Of a DNA stretch of 64,000 nucleotides, positions 51,301 to 61,443 are shown in pieces. The number at the start of each line of letters is the position of its first letter. Position 1 is the stretch's first letter. Under the pieces are notes generated by a model. That model had not been told where the DNA came from. It did no database searches and saw nothing but the letters and a program-made list of their open reading frames with translations. The stretch comes from an uncultured bacterium (GTDB taxonomy: Bacteria; Actinomycetota; Actinomycetes; Mycobacteriales; CAJCIY01). The DNA lies in contig CAXTNT010000002.1 of the NCBI GenBank assembly GCA_964245825.1, forward strand, positions 223,728 to 287,727, read 5' to 3'. The position numbers and the translations under genes are program-made.

Positions 51301-51795
51301 TCGAGCGTCCCGGCGGTCGTCGACCTGGCGTCGGGCACCGACGGCATCGACGTGACGGGCGATCTGGCCGACGCGCAGTCCGGTGACGACGTGTCGTCGG
51401 CGACTGTGTCGGAAAGTGGTGGCACCGTCTCGGACGGGGTCTGGTTCACCGATGTGCAGGAGGTCGGCCCCGTCGGCGACGGCGGTGAGCCGGCTGCGAC
51501 GTCGACGGTCGACCTGAGCGCCGTCACGCCCGGTTTCGCCACGGACGTCACCAGCTCCACCGGGGACTTCTGGGGGTTGGCCACCGACCCGAACGCGGAC
51601 ACCGGCACGCCGGTGACCATCCAGCCGGGACAGACCCAGACGATCACGGTCACGATCACCCCTGATGCGGCGCCGGGCAGCGTCGTGAGCGGGACGCTGA
51701 CCATCTACACACCGCCCGTGTTCGCCTACCCGACCGTCTACGCCACCGGCGATGTGCTGGCGCAGATCCCCTATCGCTACACCGTGAGGCAGTGA
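48379..51795 (+). CDS. Large secreted S8-family subtilase (1138 aa) with a long C-terminal beta-rich extension
   Basis: RBS ggagga precedes the ATG. It has a signal peptide ([30 protein letters not shown]) and S8 triad blocks (GYIADGID; an H region; [15 protein letters not shown]). About 600 C-terminal residues are Thr/Gly/Val-rich repeats. Confidence 0.85.
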   Translation: MALARRRSRLIGAVVVATAVGTLVPFLASPSARAATVAGAASAKPVLVVLRDQLTASPATRAHLGSRRTQSSADQNAVLARLAGRGLRAGAVKHYVVGNAFSLSATPAQIAALTADPAVAAVVPDVTISRPAPASDAAAVKTVTPAAAPVKAAAGRTARVAPALGTPPSSAICPTDPSQPLLEPEALADTHDASDDPEAPTAQQLTTGSGVTVGYIADGIDPDNPDFIRADGSHVIIDYQAFSADGPDPSAGGEEAYGDASSIAAQGLVSHDLSSFVNPAYPLPAGCNIRILGMAPGASIVALKTDFSTLSIVQAIDYAVSTDHVEVLNESFGGDPVPDSSARQAIDLFNDMAVAAGTTVTVSAGDAGTTSTIGNPATDPQVISVAASTINQAYAQIGYAGARTFTNSTWTNDEISSFSSGGFTQSGGTVDLTAPGESGWAACDPNVCGDYAGTGSDIQMFGGTSESAPLTAGAAALVISAYRSTHAGASPTPAVVKQLLTSTATDLGLPAFEQGSGLLDARAAVEAALTYPGGTAAPAEVSSNIALSTTQLDWAGAAGGSHTATVGVRDVGVAPLTVTTGTRDLTQTAVQTQTATLDPSTDPTFPYVNGAPQAYTQLSFDVPAGTDRAALQMSWPGAGSRVVRLTVVDPFGSFVTNSRPQGYADYANVDIREPISGTYTAILYTPASSAGFSGQVQLRTTFQQDAPVGQVTPATLSLQPGQSKNFKVTIPTPASGGDTSYAVTVASSDGHQTAIPVVVRTLIPTPGGSGSFGGTITGGNGRSAIATQTFSYAFDVPRTAPGVSVGVTLAGDAGYTLEGVLVDPNGETQAIDSNEVPDGNGNIVSRGLTLQLTSARPVHGRWRLVLLVVNPVPGDALEQDFTGTVSFETDGVAPTGIPNSAHTKLAAGVPVTGQVAVTNTGIEPLEVQLDPRTRALQTLSLVSPFGPQTFNLPGGEAPIFLVPPRTTSITATATSSVPAVVDLASGTDGIDVTGDLADAQSGDDVSSATVSESGGTVSDGVWFTDVQEVGPVGDGGEPAATSTVDLSAVTPGFATDVTSSTGDFWGLATDPNADTGTPVTIQPGQTQTITVTITPDAAPGSVVSGTLTIYTPPVFAYPTVYATGDVLAQIPYRYTVRQ

Positions 51796-51886
51796 GCCGG
51801 CTCGAACATCGGCGGACGGCGCGGACTCTATCGGTTGGATAACACGGCACGAGGCGCATAGCCGGCGCCCGGTCGGCGTCCTGCGA

Positions 51887-52522
51887 CTAGCGTGGCTGCG
51901 GCAGGATGCCGCGCGCGATCGCCTCGGTGACCGCGTGGGTACGGTCGTCCACCCCGAGCTTGGCGAAGGCCCGCAGCAGGTGGGTCTTCACGGTCGACTC
52001 GCCGATGAACAGCTCGCGGCCGATGTCCGCGTTGGTCAGCCCGCGGGCGACCCCGCCGAGCACCTCCACCTCGCGCGGGGTCAGCTCCTCCGCAGCCGGC
52101 GTCCGCATCCGATGGACGAGCCGGGCGGCGATCGGCGGAGCGAGCACCGTCTCGCCCCGGGCCGCCGCCAGCACCGCGGCGACCAGGTCGGCGGCCGGTG
52201 TGTCCTTGAGCAGGTAGCCGGTCGCCCCGGCCTCGACCGCGCGCACGATGTCGGCATCCGTGTCGTACGTGGTCAGCACCAGGACGTGCACGGCGGGCTG
52301 CTCCAGCGCCAGCCGCCGGATGGCGCCGACGCCGTCGAGCCGCGGCATCCGCAGGTCCATCACGACCAGGTCAGGCGACAGCGCCCCCGCCCGCTCCACC
52401 GCCTCGACTCCGTCGGCTGCCGTCCCCACCACGGCGATGTCCTCGTGCGCGTCCAGCATCGCGACCAGGCCGTCGCGGACGACCGGGTGGTCGTCGGCGA
52501 CCACCACCCGGACGGGGGTCAC
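51887..52522 (-). CDS. NarL/FixJ (LuxR)-family response regulator
   Basis: A receiver domain (VVVADDHPVVRDG, D in VVMDLRMP) plus a LuxR helix-turn-helix (ELTPREVEVLGGVARGLTNADIGRELFIGESTVKTH). Confidence 0.9.
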   Translation of the reverse strand: MTPVRVVVADDHPVVRDGLVAMLDAHEDIAVVGTAADGVEAVERAGALSPDLVVMDLRMPRLDGVGAIRRLALEQPAVHVLVLTTYDTDADIVRAVEAGATGYLLKDTPAADLVAAVLAAARGETVLAPPIAARLVHRMRTPAAEELTPREVEVLGGVARGLTNADIGRELFIGESTVKTHLLRAFAKLGVDDRTHAVTEAIARGILPQPR

Positions 52523-53745
52523 AGCGAGACGGGGACCCGCGCGGCCAGCAGCGTGCCGTGGCCGGGCGAGGACTCCACGTCGAGCGCACCACCGACCTGC
52601 CGGACCCGCTCGCGCAGCCCCGACAGCCCGGTCCCCAGGGCGGCGGCCGGGTCGAAGCCGATGCCGTCGTCGCGGACCCGGACGACGACCTCGGCACCCT
52701 CGCAGGCGAGCGACAGCGCGACCGTCGTGGCGCCGGAATGCCTCCGGGCATTGGCCATCGCCTCCTGCGCGCTGCGCAGCAGGACGATCTCGTCGTCGCG
52801 CGTCAACGCGTACCCGAAGGGAATGTCGACGTCGACGCTCACCGCGACGCCGGTCTCCCGCCCGAACCGCTCCGCCAGCCGGCGCAGCGCATCCACGAGC
52901 GTCGAGCCGTCGAGCGCGACCGGTGCGAAGGCGGCGACGATCGCGCGGGTCTCGCGCAGGTTGTCACGCGCGACCTCCTCGATCAGGGTGAGCCGCTCGC
53001 GGGCGCGTTCGGGGGCGAGGGCCAGCTCGGCCGCCGCGGTCTGGGCCAGCACGACGACGCTCGTGTATCCCTGGGCCAGGGTGTCGTGCACCTCGCGGGC
53101 CAACCGCTCGCGCTCGGCCATGACGCCCTGGCTGTGGTGCGCCTCCGCCAGCCGTGACCGCGCCTGCTCCAGCTCGTCGATGAGGGCGGCGCGCTGCCTG
53201 CTCTGCGCCAGCACCCGCGCGACCCACAGCCCCATGGCGACGCTGAACACCAGACCCACCGCGGAGTCGGCCGCTGCCGACAGCGTCGACCCGCCCCGCT
53301 GCGCGACCCCGACGACCAGGCCGGTCGTGCTCGCGCCCGCCAGCAGCGTGGTCCAGATCAGGCCCGGTCGAGGCGACTCCACCAGGAACCACACCTGCGG
53401 GTACGCGAGGGTCAGCAGGAACAGCAGGCTCGGGTCGCTCCAGGCGACGACGCCCAGCGCGGACACGAGCAGCACGAGGTAGGTGACGGCGCGGCCGTCC
53501 GCCTGGTCCTCCACGGCACGCGAGCCGATCAGCAGGTAGCCCGCTGCGAGCACCCCCACCGCGGCGGCTGCCGTGTGGTCGCGCGGGCCGTCCGCGACGA
53601 GGGCGGTGACGAAGGTGAGGACGAGGATCAGCGCACTGAACACGTGCAGGCCGACCACGGTGTGCCGCCAGGCGGCCCCGGGCAGCGGCGCCGTGCAGTG
53701 CTCCCCGCCGCGCTGCGGGCGCACCGCCTCCCAGAGCCGGCTCAC
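52519..53745 (-). CDS. Sensor histidine kinase (HisKA_3 plus HATPase_c) with an N-terminal multi-TM sensor
   Basis: An H-box (LAREVHDTLAQ), and N/G boxes (ANARRHSGA, DDGIGFD, GTGLSGLRER). A GTG start (VSRLWEAV...) overlaps the ABC permease stop. The 5' 160 aa of the ORF are Arg-rich junk. Confidence 0.8.
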   Translation of the reverse strand: MSRLWEAVRPQRGGEHCTAPLPGAAWRHTVVGLHVFSALILVLTFVTALVADGPRDHTAAAAVGVLAAGYLLIGSRAVEDQADGRAVTYLVLLVSALGVVAWSDPSLLFLLTLAYPQVWFLVESPRPGLIWTTLLAGASTTGLVVGVAQRGGSTLSAAADSAVGLVFSVAMGLWVARVLAQSRQRAALIDELEQARSRLAEAHHSQGVMAERERLAREVHDTLAQGYTSVVVLAQTAAAELALAPERARERLTLIEEVARDNLRETRAIVAAFAPVALDGSTLVDALRRLAERFGRETGVAVSVDVDIPFGYALTRDDEIVLLRSAQEAMANARRHSGATTVALSLACEGAEVVVRVRDDGIGFDPAAALGTGLSGLRERVRQVGGALDVESSPGHGTLLAARVPVSL

Positions 53746-54587
53746 CGGCGCCGCCAGCGGAACTTCCACGCGCCCACCACGACGCCCATGATGACCCAGG
53801 CCGCGAGGACGAGTGCGGTCCGCCCGTGTTCCCAGCTGCCGGCGACCTCCGCGGCGGCCGCGTGCGGCGGCAGCAGGGACGAGCGAAGGCCCTGGGTCAT
53901 CCACTTGAGCGGGAAGACTGCTGCGACGTGCTGCATCCAGGCGGGCAGCTGGGCGTAGTCGAAGAACACGCCGCTGAAGAACTGCAGCACCAAGGCGATC
54001 GGAGCGATGACGACGCTGGCGGACTTGCCGTTCCGGGGCAGCGCCGAGGCCGCGATGCCGATCGCCGTCCCGGCCGCGGCGCCCAGCGCCCCGACCCAGG
54101 CGAAGGTCAGCCAGTGCGTCACGTCGACGGGGAGCGGCACCGAGAACAGCACTCGGGCGACCGCCAGCAGCAGCACCAGCTGGCCGGCGGTGGTGAGCGC
54201 GACCTGGCCGAGCTTGCCGGCGAAGTACGCCCACGGGGGCATGGTCGTGGCCTGCAGGCGCGCCAGCGTCCCGTCGTCCCGCTCGACCGCGATGGCGATG
54301 GCCACCGCCTGGAAGCTGGTGAGCATGATCCCGGTGGCGGCGATGCCGGCGAGAAAGTAGCGGGTGTAGGGGACCCCTCCGTCATCGATGTCCTGACCGT
54401 GGAACACCGACCCGAAGATCACCATCATGATCGACGGGTAGAGGAACGAGAAGAAGACCTGCTGCGGCTCGCGCAGGAACAGCGTGGTCTCCAGCCTGAT
54501 CCGGGCCAGGGCGATCGAGCGCCCCGAGGGCAGTGGTGGGCGGTCCGCCCGGGTGGACGCCGCGGGCGTGTGGGTGTCGGTGGTCAT
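53742..54587 (-). CDS. ABC-2-type transporter permease
   Basis: 281 aa from the internal ATG with 6 predicted TM segments. It overlaps the ATPase gene stop (ATGA). Confidence 0.75.
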   Translation of the reverse strand: MTTDTHTPAASTRADRPPLPSGRSIALARIRLETTLFLREPQQVFFSFLYPSIMMVIFGSVFHGQDIDDGGVPYTRYFLAGIAATGIMLTSFQAVAIAIAVERDDGTLARLQATTMPPWAYFAGKLGQVALTTAGQLVLLLAVARVLFSVPLPVDVTHWLTFAWVGALGAAAGTAIGIAASALPRNGKSASVVIAPIALVLQFFSGVFFDYAQLPAWMQHVAAVFPLKWMTQGLRSSLLPPHAAAAEVAGSWEHGRTALVLAAWVIMGVVVGAWKFRWRRR

Positions 54588-55441
54588 GCGCCGGCTCCTC
54601 GGTCGAGCAGGGTCAGGTAGACGTCCTCGAGCGAGGGCCGCGCGACGGTGAGCTCCGCCAGCTCGCCGGAAGTCCCGGCCAGCGCTTCCCGCAGCACGGC
54701 CGTGGGGGTGGCGGTGGCCACCCGGTGGCGTCGGCCGCCCGCCTCCCACGACACGACCGCCTCGAGCGACAACCGGCCACCGAGGTCCTCCGGCGCGGCG
54801 ACCTCGACCACCCTCCCGGCCGCGAGCACGCCGACGCGGTCGGCCAGGTGGGCCGCCTCGTCGAGGTAGTGGGTGGTCAGCAGGACGGTCGTGCCGTCGT
54901 CGCGGAGGCTCTCGATGAGCGACCAGAACTGCCGCCGGGCGGCCGGGTCGAAGCCGGTCGTCGGCTCGTCCAAGAACAGCAGCTCCGGCCTGCCCTGGAC
55001 GCCGAGCGCGACGTCGAGGCGGCGGCGCTGGCCACCCGACAGCGTCGGCACCCGCTGGGCCGCCTGCTCGGTCAGGCCCACGGCGGCGAGCAGATCGTCG
55101 GCCGGCCGCGGGTCGCCGTGGTAGCGCGCGAAGTGCGCCAGCATCTCGCGGACGGTCAGCGCCAGGGCGCCGTGGTCGGACTGAGCCACGACGCCGACGC
55201 GGGCCCGCCAGGCGCGATCCGCGTGCGCCGGGTCGGTGCCGAGCACCTCGACCGAACCGCCGTCGCGGCCGCGCAGGCCGGCGAGGATGTCGACGGTGGT
55301 GGTCTTGCCGGCCCCGTTCGGCCCGAGCAGCGCGAAGCACTCCCCCGTGCGTACCTCGAGGGAGACCTCGTCCACGACGCGCTTCCCGCCGTAGGAGCGG
55401 ACCAGGCCGCGCACGGTGATCGCCGATTCGTCGGTACGCAT
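54584..55441 (-). CDS. ABC transporter ATP-binding protein
   Basis: Walker A (GPNGAGKTT), the signature (LSGGQRRRL), Walker B (LLFLDEPTTGFD) and an H-loop (TTHYLDE). Confidence 0.9.
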   Translation of the reverse strand: MRTDESAITVRGLVRSYGGKRVVDEVSLEVRTGECFALLGPNGAGKTTTVDILAGLRGRDGGSVEVLGTDPAHADRAWRARVGVVAQSDHGALALTVREMLAHFARYHGDPRPADDLLAAVGLTEQAAQRVPTLSGGQRRRLDVALGVQGRPELLFLDEPTTGFDPAARRQFWSLIESLRDDGTTVLLTTHYLDEAAHLADRVGVLAAGRVVEVAAPEDLGGRLSLEAVVSWEAGGRRHRVATATPTAVLREALAGTSGELAELTVARPSLEDVYLTLLDRGAGA

Positions 55442-55528
55442 GAGGCGAGCGTGCCCCTTTGCCAGCCGCCGCGGCACCACCGGCGGGTGGTCACCGCCGT
55501 CCACCGACCGGTGGACGGGCCGGCGGCC

Positions 55529-56746
55529 TCAGGCGGTCGCGACGGTGTACGTGTGGCCCGCCGCGCGCAGGCGGTCGACCAGCCGGTCTCCCATCGCGGT
55601 GGCGGGCGTGAGCGACCCGGCGCGGTCGGGCAGCTCGTCGAACGCCAGGCACAGCGCACTCTCGCCCAACATCACCGCGGTCGCGGCGTAGCCGGGGTCG
55701 CCCTGGCCGGAGACCCTTGCGATGTAACGGGTCTTGGACGTCGTCAGCGCGTCCACCTCGTGTCGGAACCACCCGCGCTGGCGGGCCTGCTCGCTCGGCC
55801 CGGCTCCCGGCTTCGGCAGCACCCGGTCGAGCAACCCCCGCGCCGGCGGGAAGGAGAACGCGGCCAGGCCCGCCGCCAGACCCGCGGTCAGCCCCACCGC
55901 CATCGCCGGGGCCAGCGGGCCGCCGCCGAAGCCCATCGCCTCGCCGTACCGCAGGGACCGGCCGTAGGCCCAGTCCTGCAGGGCGTTGCTGCGTCGCACG
56001 ACCCGGGTGTTGTAGCTGGCCATCACGAAGGGCGCGGTCCACTCGCGGCCGATCCCCCGCCTCCCCGGTGGCAGTGCGTCGGGGGGCTGCGGCACGTCGG
56101 GCTCGCCGGCGAGGTCGGGGGACAGCGAGTACGGACCGGCGACGACCCGCCGCAGGGCCGGATCGGCGTCGGTGGCCTCCAGCTGGGCGCGGAGGGAGTC
56201 GATCGTGCCGCCGCTCAGACCGCCCTTCAGCGTGGCGACCAGGGTGACGTCGGTGAGCTCGCCCGCACCGTCCGCGACCGCCTGTTCGTGCAGCAGCAGC
56301 ACCGCCAGGTCGGAGGGCACCGAGTCGTACCCGCAGGAGTGCACGATCTTCGCGCCGCTCGCGGTCGCGATGTCGTGCCAGCGCTCCATCACCGCGCGGA
56401 CGAACAGGACCTCGCCGGTCAGGTCGGCGTAGTGCGTCCCCGCCCGGGCGCACGCCTCGACCACCGGCAGCCCGTAGCGCTGGTACGGGCCGACCGTCGT
56501 CGCGACGGCGGTGGCGGAGGCGGCCAGCGCCGCCAGGCTGTCGGCATCGCCGCTGTCGGCGACCACCAGCGGCCAGTCGCGGGCCGCGGCGGGCAGCGCC
56601 GCGCGGGCGGCCGTCAGCTTCTGCTCGGACCGGCCGGCCAGCCCGATCCGCGTCCCGGCGGGTGCGTGCTCGGCCAGGTACGCGGCGGTCAGCGCTCCGA
56701 CATACCCGGTCGCCCCGAACACGATGACGTCGAAGTCGCGGCTCAT
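55529..56746 (-). CDS. Saccharopine-dehydrogenase-like NAD(P)-binding oxidoreductase (trans-acting enoyl reductase family)
   Basis: An N-terminal Rossmann motif (VIVFGATGYVGAL) in the Sacchrp_dh family layout; 405 aa. Confidence 0.7.
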   Translation of the reverse strand: MSRDFDVIVFGATGYVGALTAAYLAEHAPAGTRIGLAGRSEQKLTAARAALPAAARDWPLVVADSGDADSLAALAASATAVATTVGPYQRYGLPVVEACARAGTHYADLTGEVLFVRAVMERWHDIATASGAKIVHSCGYDSVPSDLAVLLLHEQAVADGAGELTDVTLVATLKGGLSGGTIDSLRAQLEATDADPALRRVVAGPYSLSPDLAGEPDVPQPPDALPPGRRGIGREWTAPFVMASYNTRVVRRSNALQDWAYGRSLRYGEAMGFGGGPLAPAMAVGLTAGLAAGLAAFSFPPARGLLDRVLPKPGAGPSEQARQRGWFRHEVDALTTSKTRYIARVSGQGDPGYAATAVMLGESALCLAFDELPDRAGSLTPATAMGDRLVDRLRAAGHTYTVATA

Positions 56747-56830
56747 CGGCCGAGGTTACCGGGACTTCACCCGCGCCGGCGATCGGTCAGGATGCGCCGC
56801 ATGCTCTCGCTGCCGCGGCTCGCGCGCCCG

Positions 56831-58327
56831 ATGTCGATGACCGACTCGATGTTCCTGCTGGCCGAGAGTCGTCGCGCACCGATGCACACCGGGCTGCTGC
56901 AGCTCTTCGAGCCCGGGCCCGACGGACCGCCGGACCTGGCCGCGCTGTACGCGCGACTGCTCGAGGCCACCGACATCGCCCCGGTGTTCCGCAAGCGGCC
57001 CGTCCGCACGGTCGGGTCGCTGGGGCAGTGGGCCTGGGAGTACGACCCCGAGGTCGAGCTCGAGCACCACGTCCGCCGGTCGGCGCTGCCCGCGCCGGGC
57101 CGCCCGCGTGAGCTGCTGGAGCTGACCGGACGGCTGCACGCGAGCCTGCTCGACCAGCGGCGCCCGCTCTGGGAGGCCCATCTGGTCGAAGGGCTGTCGG
57201 AGCGCCGGTGGGCGGTCTACACCAAGGTGCACCACGCGGTGATGGACGGTGTCTCGGGCCTCCGGCTGCTCACCCGCAGCCTCACCACCGACCCGGACGA
57301 ACGGGACCTGCCCGCGCCGTGGGAGCGACGGGTGGGCTTCCGGCCCACCGTCGCCGCGGGCCTGGACCGCCCGGGCCACCACGACGGGGCGACCGACGAC
57401 CACGGCCGGCTGGCCACCCTGGCGGGCCGGCTGCCCGGTGTGGTGGGCACCGTGGCCGAGGCGGCGACCGCCACCGCCGGCGACCTCGCGGGCGACGCGG
57501 TGGGCCGGGCGGTCGACCTGCTCGGCGGCGCCGCGGGGGGCGCGGCGGAGGCGGCGGGCATCGTGCCGGCCTTCGTCCGTGCCCTGCGCCGGGGCATCAC
57601 CGAGCAGGCCGCGGCGCTGCCGTACACCGCGCCGCGCACGATCCTCAATGTCGAGATCTCCTCCAGCCGGCGGTTCGCCGCCGACGCGTGGGAGCTCGCC
57701 CGGCTCCAGGCCGTGGCGCGGTCCTTCGGCGGCACGATCAACGACGTCGTGCTGGCGATGTGCTCCGGGGCGTTGCGGTCGTGGCTGACCGACCTGGACG
57801 CATTGCCGGCCGATTCCCTGCTGGCGATGGTGCCGATGTCGCTGCGCGAGCCCGACGACCCCAGCGGGGCGGGCAATGCCGTCGGCGCGATCATCACCAG
57901 CCTCGGCACCGACCAGGCCGACGCCGGCGCGCGACTCGAGCGCGTGCACGACTCGATCCTGGCGGCGAAGGCCTCGTTCGCGGGGCTCTCCCAGACCCAA
58001 GCGCTGGCACTGTCGATGCCGGGGATGCTGCCGTTCGCCCTGGACCGGGTCGTGCCGGGGGCCTCCTCGCTGCGGCCACCGTTCAACCTCGTCATCAGCA
58101 ACGTGCCCGGCCCCCGGCGGCAGCTCTACTACGAAGGCTCCGCGCTGCGGGGCTGCTACCCGCTGTCGATCCCGCTCGACGGCCAGGCGATGAACATCAC
58201 CGTGGTCAGCAACGCCGACCAGCTGGGCTTCGGCATCGTCGGCTGCCGGAAGAACGCGCCGCACCTGCAGCGGCTCCTCGCCGGTCTGGAGACCGAGCTG
58301 GTCGAGCTGGAGAAGACCTTCGGCTGA
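56831..58327 (+). CDS. Wax ester synthase/diacylglycerol acyltransferase (WS/DGAT)
   Basis: The active-site motif HHAVMDGVSG (HHxxxDG) and N-terminal MTDSMFLLAESRRAPMHTG. Alternative in-frame ATGs lie at 56792 and 56801. The rest of the 1264-aa ORF is antisense to the ABC/HK genes. Confidence 0.8.
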   Translation: MSMTDSMFLLAESRRAPMHTGLLQLFEPGPDGPPDLAALYARLLEATDIAPVFRKRPVRTVGSLGQWAWEYDPEVELEHHVRRSALPAPGRPRELLELTGRLHASLLDQRRPLWEAHLVEGLSERRWAVYTKVHHAVMDGVSGLRLLTRSLTTDPDERDLPAPWERRVGFRPTVAAGLDRPGHHDGATDDHGRLATLAGRLPGVVGTVAEAATATAGDLAGDAVGRAVDLLGGAAGGAAEAAGIVPAFVRALRRGITEQAAALPYTAPRTILNVEISSSRRFAADAWELARLQAVARSFGGTINDVVLAMCSGALRSWLTDLDALPADSLLAMVPMSLREPDDPSGAGNAVGAIITSLGTDQADAGARLERVHDSILAAKASFAGLSQTQALALSMPGMLPFALDRVVPGASSLRPPFNLVISNVPGPRRQLYYEGSALRGCYPLSIPLDGQAMNITVVSNADQLGFGIVGCRKNAPHLQRLLAGLETELVELEKTFG

Positions 58328-58362
58328 CGGTCGTACGCTGAGAATCGAACCCGGAGGACACC

Positions 58363-59520
58363 ATGCGCCGCACCCTGTACGAGCCCGAGCACGAGGACTT
58401 CCGGGGCGCCGTACGCACCTTCGTGGAGAAGGAGATCTCGCCGCATGCAGAGGAGTGGGAGCGCGCCGGCATCGTGCCGCGGGAGGTGTTCGCGAAGGCC
58501 GGCGCGGCGGGCTTCCTCGGTACCGCGGTCCCCGAGTCCTACGGCGGCGGCGGTGTGGTCGACTTCCGCTTCAACGTGGTGCTCTCCGAGGAGCTGGCCC
58601 GCGCGGGCGCGGCGGCGGCCGGTCTCGGGCTGACCCTGCACACCGACATCTGCATGCCGTACTTCCTGCACCTGACCACCGAAGCCCAGCGCCGCCGCTG
58701 GCTGCCGGCCATCGCCCGCGGGGAGGCGATCACGGCGGTCGCCATGACCGAGCCGGCGATGGGCTCGGACCTCGCATCCATGCGTACCACCGCGATCCGC
58801 AGCCAGGACGGCAGCCACTACCTGGTGAACGGGTCGAAGACCTTCATCACGAACGGCATCAACGCCGACCTCGTGATCACCGCGGTCAAGACCGACCCGG
58901 CCGAGCGGCACCGCGGCATGTCGCTGCTGGTGCTCGAGCGCGGGATGCCGGGATTCGAGCGCGGCCGCAACCTGGACAAGATGGGGCAGCACGCGCAGGA
59001 CACCGCCGAGCTGTTCTTCACCGACGTGCGGGTGCCGGCCGAGAACCTGCTGGGCGCGGAGGGTCAGGGCTTCCGCCAGCTCACTGGGAACCTGCCGCAG
59101 GAGCGACTGTCGATCGCCGTCTACGGCGTCGCCGCGGCCCGCGCGGCCATGGACTGGACCGTCGAGTACGTGACCACGCGCACCGCGTTCGGCCAACCGG
59201 TCGGGGCTTTCCAGAACTCGAAGTTCCGGTTGGCGGAGCTGGCGACCGAGGTCGACGTCGCGCAGGCCTACCTCGACGCTTGCGTCCGCGCCCTGAACGC
59301 GGGCGAGCTCACCGTCGCCGACGCGGCGAAGGCGAAGTGGTGGTGCACCGAGCTGCAGGGGCGGGCCGTCGACCTCGGCGTGCAACTGCACGGCGGCTAC
59401 GGCTACATGGCCGAGTACCCGATCGCGCGGGCGTGGGCCGACGCCCGGATCACCCGCATCTACGGCGGGACGACCGAGATCATGAAGGAGGTCGTCGGCC
59501 GCGACCTGCTGGGTCTCTGA
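58363..59520 (+). CDS. Acyl-CoA dehydrogenase (FadE-like)
   Basis: 385 aa with ACAD blocks (AMTEPAMGSDLAS, QLHGGYGYMAEYP, IYGGTTEI). Confidence 0.85.
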   Translation: MRRTLYEPEHEDFRGAVRTFVEKEISPHAEEWERAGIVPREVFAKAGAAGFLGTAVPESYGGGGVVDFRFNVVLSEELARAGAAAAGLGLTLHTDICMPYFLHLTTEAQRRRWLPAIARGEAITAVAMTEPAMGSDLASMRTTAIRSQDGSHYLVNGSKTFITNGINADLVITAVKTDPAERHRGMSLLVLERGMPGFERGRNLDKMGQHAQDTAELFFTDVRVPAENLLGAEGQGFRQLTGNLPQERLSIAVYGVAAARAAMDWTVEYVTTRTAFGQPVGAFQNSKFRLAELATEVDVAQAYLDACVRALNAGELTVADAAKAKWWCTELQGRAVDLGVQLHGGYGYMAEYPIARAWADARITRIYGGTTEIMKEVVGRDLLGL

Positions 59521-59644
59521 TCCGTCCGGGGACCGGTGGGTGGCGGAACTCACGCCGACCCGGGCTGGCCCTCGGCGGCGAACAGGGTCACCCTGAGCTG
59601 AGCCCCGGCAGCGTCGCCATCCGTACCGGCCCCTGGAGGTCGCT

Positions 59645-59896
59645 GTGCTGACGCGTCTGATCGCCACCCTCGCCGGCGCCGTACGCCGTGAGCGGATCAC
59701 CGCCACCTTCCTCGTCACCTCGCCCGGCCACACCCGGGTGCGCGCCGACCTCTACGCGGCGGGCGTGAACTTCGCCGACGACCGGGTCGCGACCTTCGAC
59801 TGGTCCTTCCGCGTCCGCGCCAGCCGGCGGGCGTGGGAGCGGTTCTCCACCCACTGCCGGGAGCAGTTGCACCAGCTCGAGGTCGCTCCCGCCTGA
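59645..59896 (+). CDS. Small hypothetical protein (83 aa)
   Basis: An ORF with strong GC3 bias and non-junk composition; no recognisable family. Confidence 0.35.
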   Translation: MLTRLIATLAGAVRRERITATFLVTSPGHTRVRADLYAAGVNFADDRVATFDWSFRVRASRRAWERFSTHCREQLHQLEVAPA

Positions 59897-59930
59897 GCCT
59901 GCCGCCTGAGCCCGAAGCCTGAGGCCCCGC

Positions 59931-61340
59931 TCAGGCGTCGCGGGACAGGAGCCAGCCGCCGGGCGCGGCGAGTGAGTCCGCGGCCGGCGGCCCCCACGAG
60001 CCCGGCTCGTAACTCTGCACCGCCGGGCGGTCGGCGAGCACCGGCTCCACTGCCGCCCACGCGGTGGCCAGCCCCTCGGTCGTCGTGAACAGCGAGCGGT
60101 CGCCGGCCATCACGTCGAGCAGCAGCGCCCCGTACGCCGGCAGCGGGTGATGCCCGCCGATGTCGGCGAGCGACAGCACCGCCTCGCCCCGGGCGAGCGT
60201 CAGCTCCGGTCCTGGCGTCTTGACCACGAGATCCACGTCGATCCCGCCGCCGCCCTGGAGCGACAGGGTGAGCACGTTGCCCTGCGGCGGGATGTGGGTG
60301 AGTGGGCCCTCCGGCGGCCGGAGCACCAGCGACACCCGCTGCTCGCTCACCGCCAGCCGCTTGCCGGTACGCAGCAGGAAGGGCACGCCGTGCCACCGCT
60401 CGGTGTCCACCCACAGCCGCGCGGCGACGAACGTGTCCGTGTCCGAGTCGTCGGCCACCCCCTTCTGCGACTGGTAGCCGGTGAACTGGCCGAGGACGAC
60501 CTCCGCAGGGGACAGCGGCCGGAACGCCGCGATCACCCCCGCGCGGGCCGCTTGCAGGTCGGCGGCCCGCATCGATGCCGGCGGCTCCATCGCCACCTCC
60601 GCCACCACCTGGAACAGGTGCGTCACGAGCATGTCCAGCAGGGCGCCGGTCGCGTCGTAGAACTCGATCCGGTCGGCTACGTCGAGGGTCTCCGGCACGT
60701 CGATCTGCACCGCCTCGATGTGCTCGCGGTCCCAGACCGAGCCGAGCAACGTGTTGGCAAAGCGCAGCACGTGCAGGTTCTGGGTCGCCTCCTTGCCCAG
60801 GAAGTGGTCGATCCGGAAGACCTGCTCCTCGTCGAAGACCTCGTGCACCGCGGCGTCGAGCTCGCGGAAGCCCTGTGGCGACGTGCCGTACGGCTTCTCG
60901 TAGACGACCCGGGCCCCGGCGTCGAGGCCGTGCGCACCCATGGCCGCGGTGAAGCCGGCGAAGGAGACGGGCGGCGTCGCCACGTACAGCAGCACCTGCG
61001 GGTCGGCCAGCTCGCCGCGTACCTGGTCCAGGACCTCGAGCAGGGTGCCCGGGTCGTCGGCGGTGAAGCCGCCGCCCGCGAACAGGAGCCGGTCGGCGAA
61101 GGCGTCCCAGCCGGCCTCGTCGACGGCCACGTCCGCGTCGTCGAGCACGTCGCGGACGTGCGCGCGGAAGGCCTCGTGGCTGAGCTCACCGCGCCCGTTG
61201 CCGACCAGCCGCCAGTCCGCGGGCAGCAGCTGCTGTCGCTGCAGGTCGTAGAAGGCCGGCAGCACGAGCTGTCTGGCGAGGTCGCCGGTGGCACCGAACA
61301 GCACGAAGACGGTCGCGGGCAGGTCGGTCGGCGAGGGCAC
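59931..61340 (-). CDS. zwf: Glucose-6-phosphate 1-dehydrogenase
   Basis: An N-terminal NADP motif (VLFGATGDLARQ) and the G6PD signature RIDHFLGKE; 469 aa. Confidence 0.9.
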   Translation of the reverse strand: MPSPTDLPATVFVLFGATGDLARQLVLPAFYDLQRQQLLPADWRLVGNGRGELSHEAFRAHVRDVLDDADVAVDEAGWDAFADRLLFAGGGFTADDPGTLLEVLDQVRGELADPQVLLYVATPPVSFAGFTAAMGAHGLDAGARVVYEKPYGTSPQGFRELDAAVHEVFDEEQVFRIDHFLGKEATQNLHVLRFANTLLGSVWDREHIEAVQIDVPETLDVADRIEFYDATGALLDMLVTHLFQVVAEVAMEPPASMRAADLQAARAGVIAAFRPLSPAEVVLGQFTGYQSQKGVADDSDTDTFVAARLWVDTERWHGVPFLLRTGKRLAVSEQRVSLVLRPPEGPLTHIPPQGNVLTLSLQGGGGIDVDLVVKTPGPELTLARGEAVLSLADIGGHHPLPAYGALLLDVMAGDRSLFTTTEGLATAWAAVEPVLADRPAVQSYEPGSWGPPAADSLAAPGGWLLSRDA

Positions 61341-61443
61341 GGCGTGGCCCTACCCCGCGCGGCGGTTGCCTGACCGGGTTGCGGCCCTCGATCGCGGGAG
61401 GTACCGTGGCAAACAAGTTGAGTGTTCAACCAGAGGAGACGAC

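Noticed and set aside
54533-58327. A 1264-aa ORF
   Set aside because: It is antisense to the ABC, HK and saccharopine-dehydrogenase-like genes for most of its length. Only the C-terminal ~500 aa (WS/DGAT with HHxxxDG) is real.
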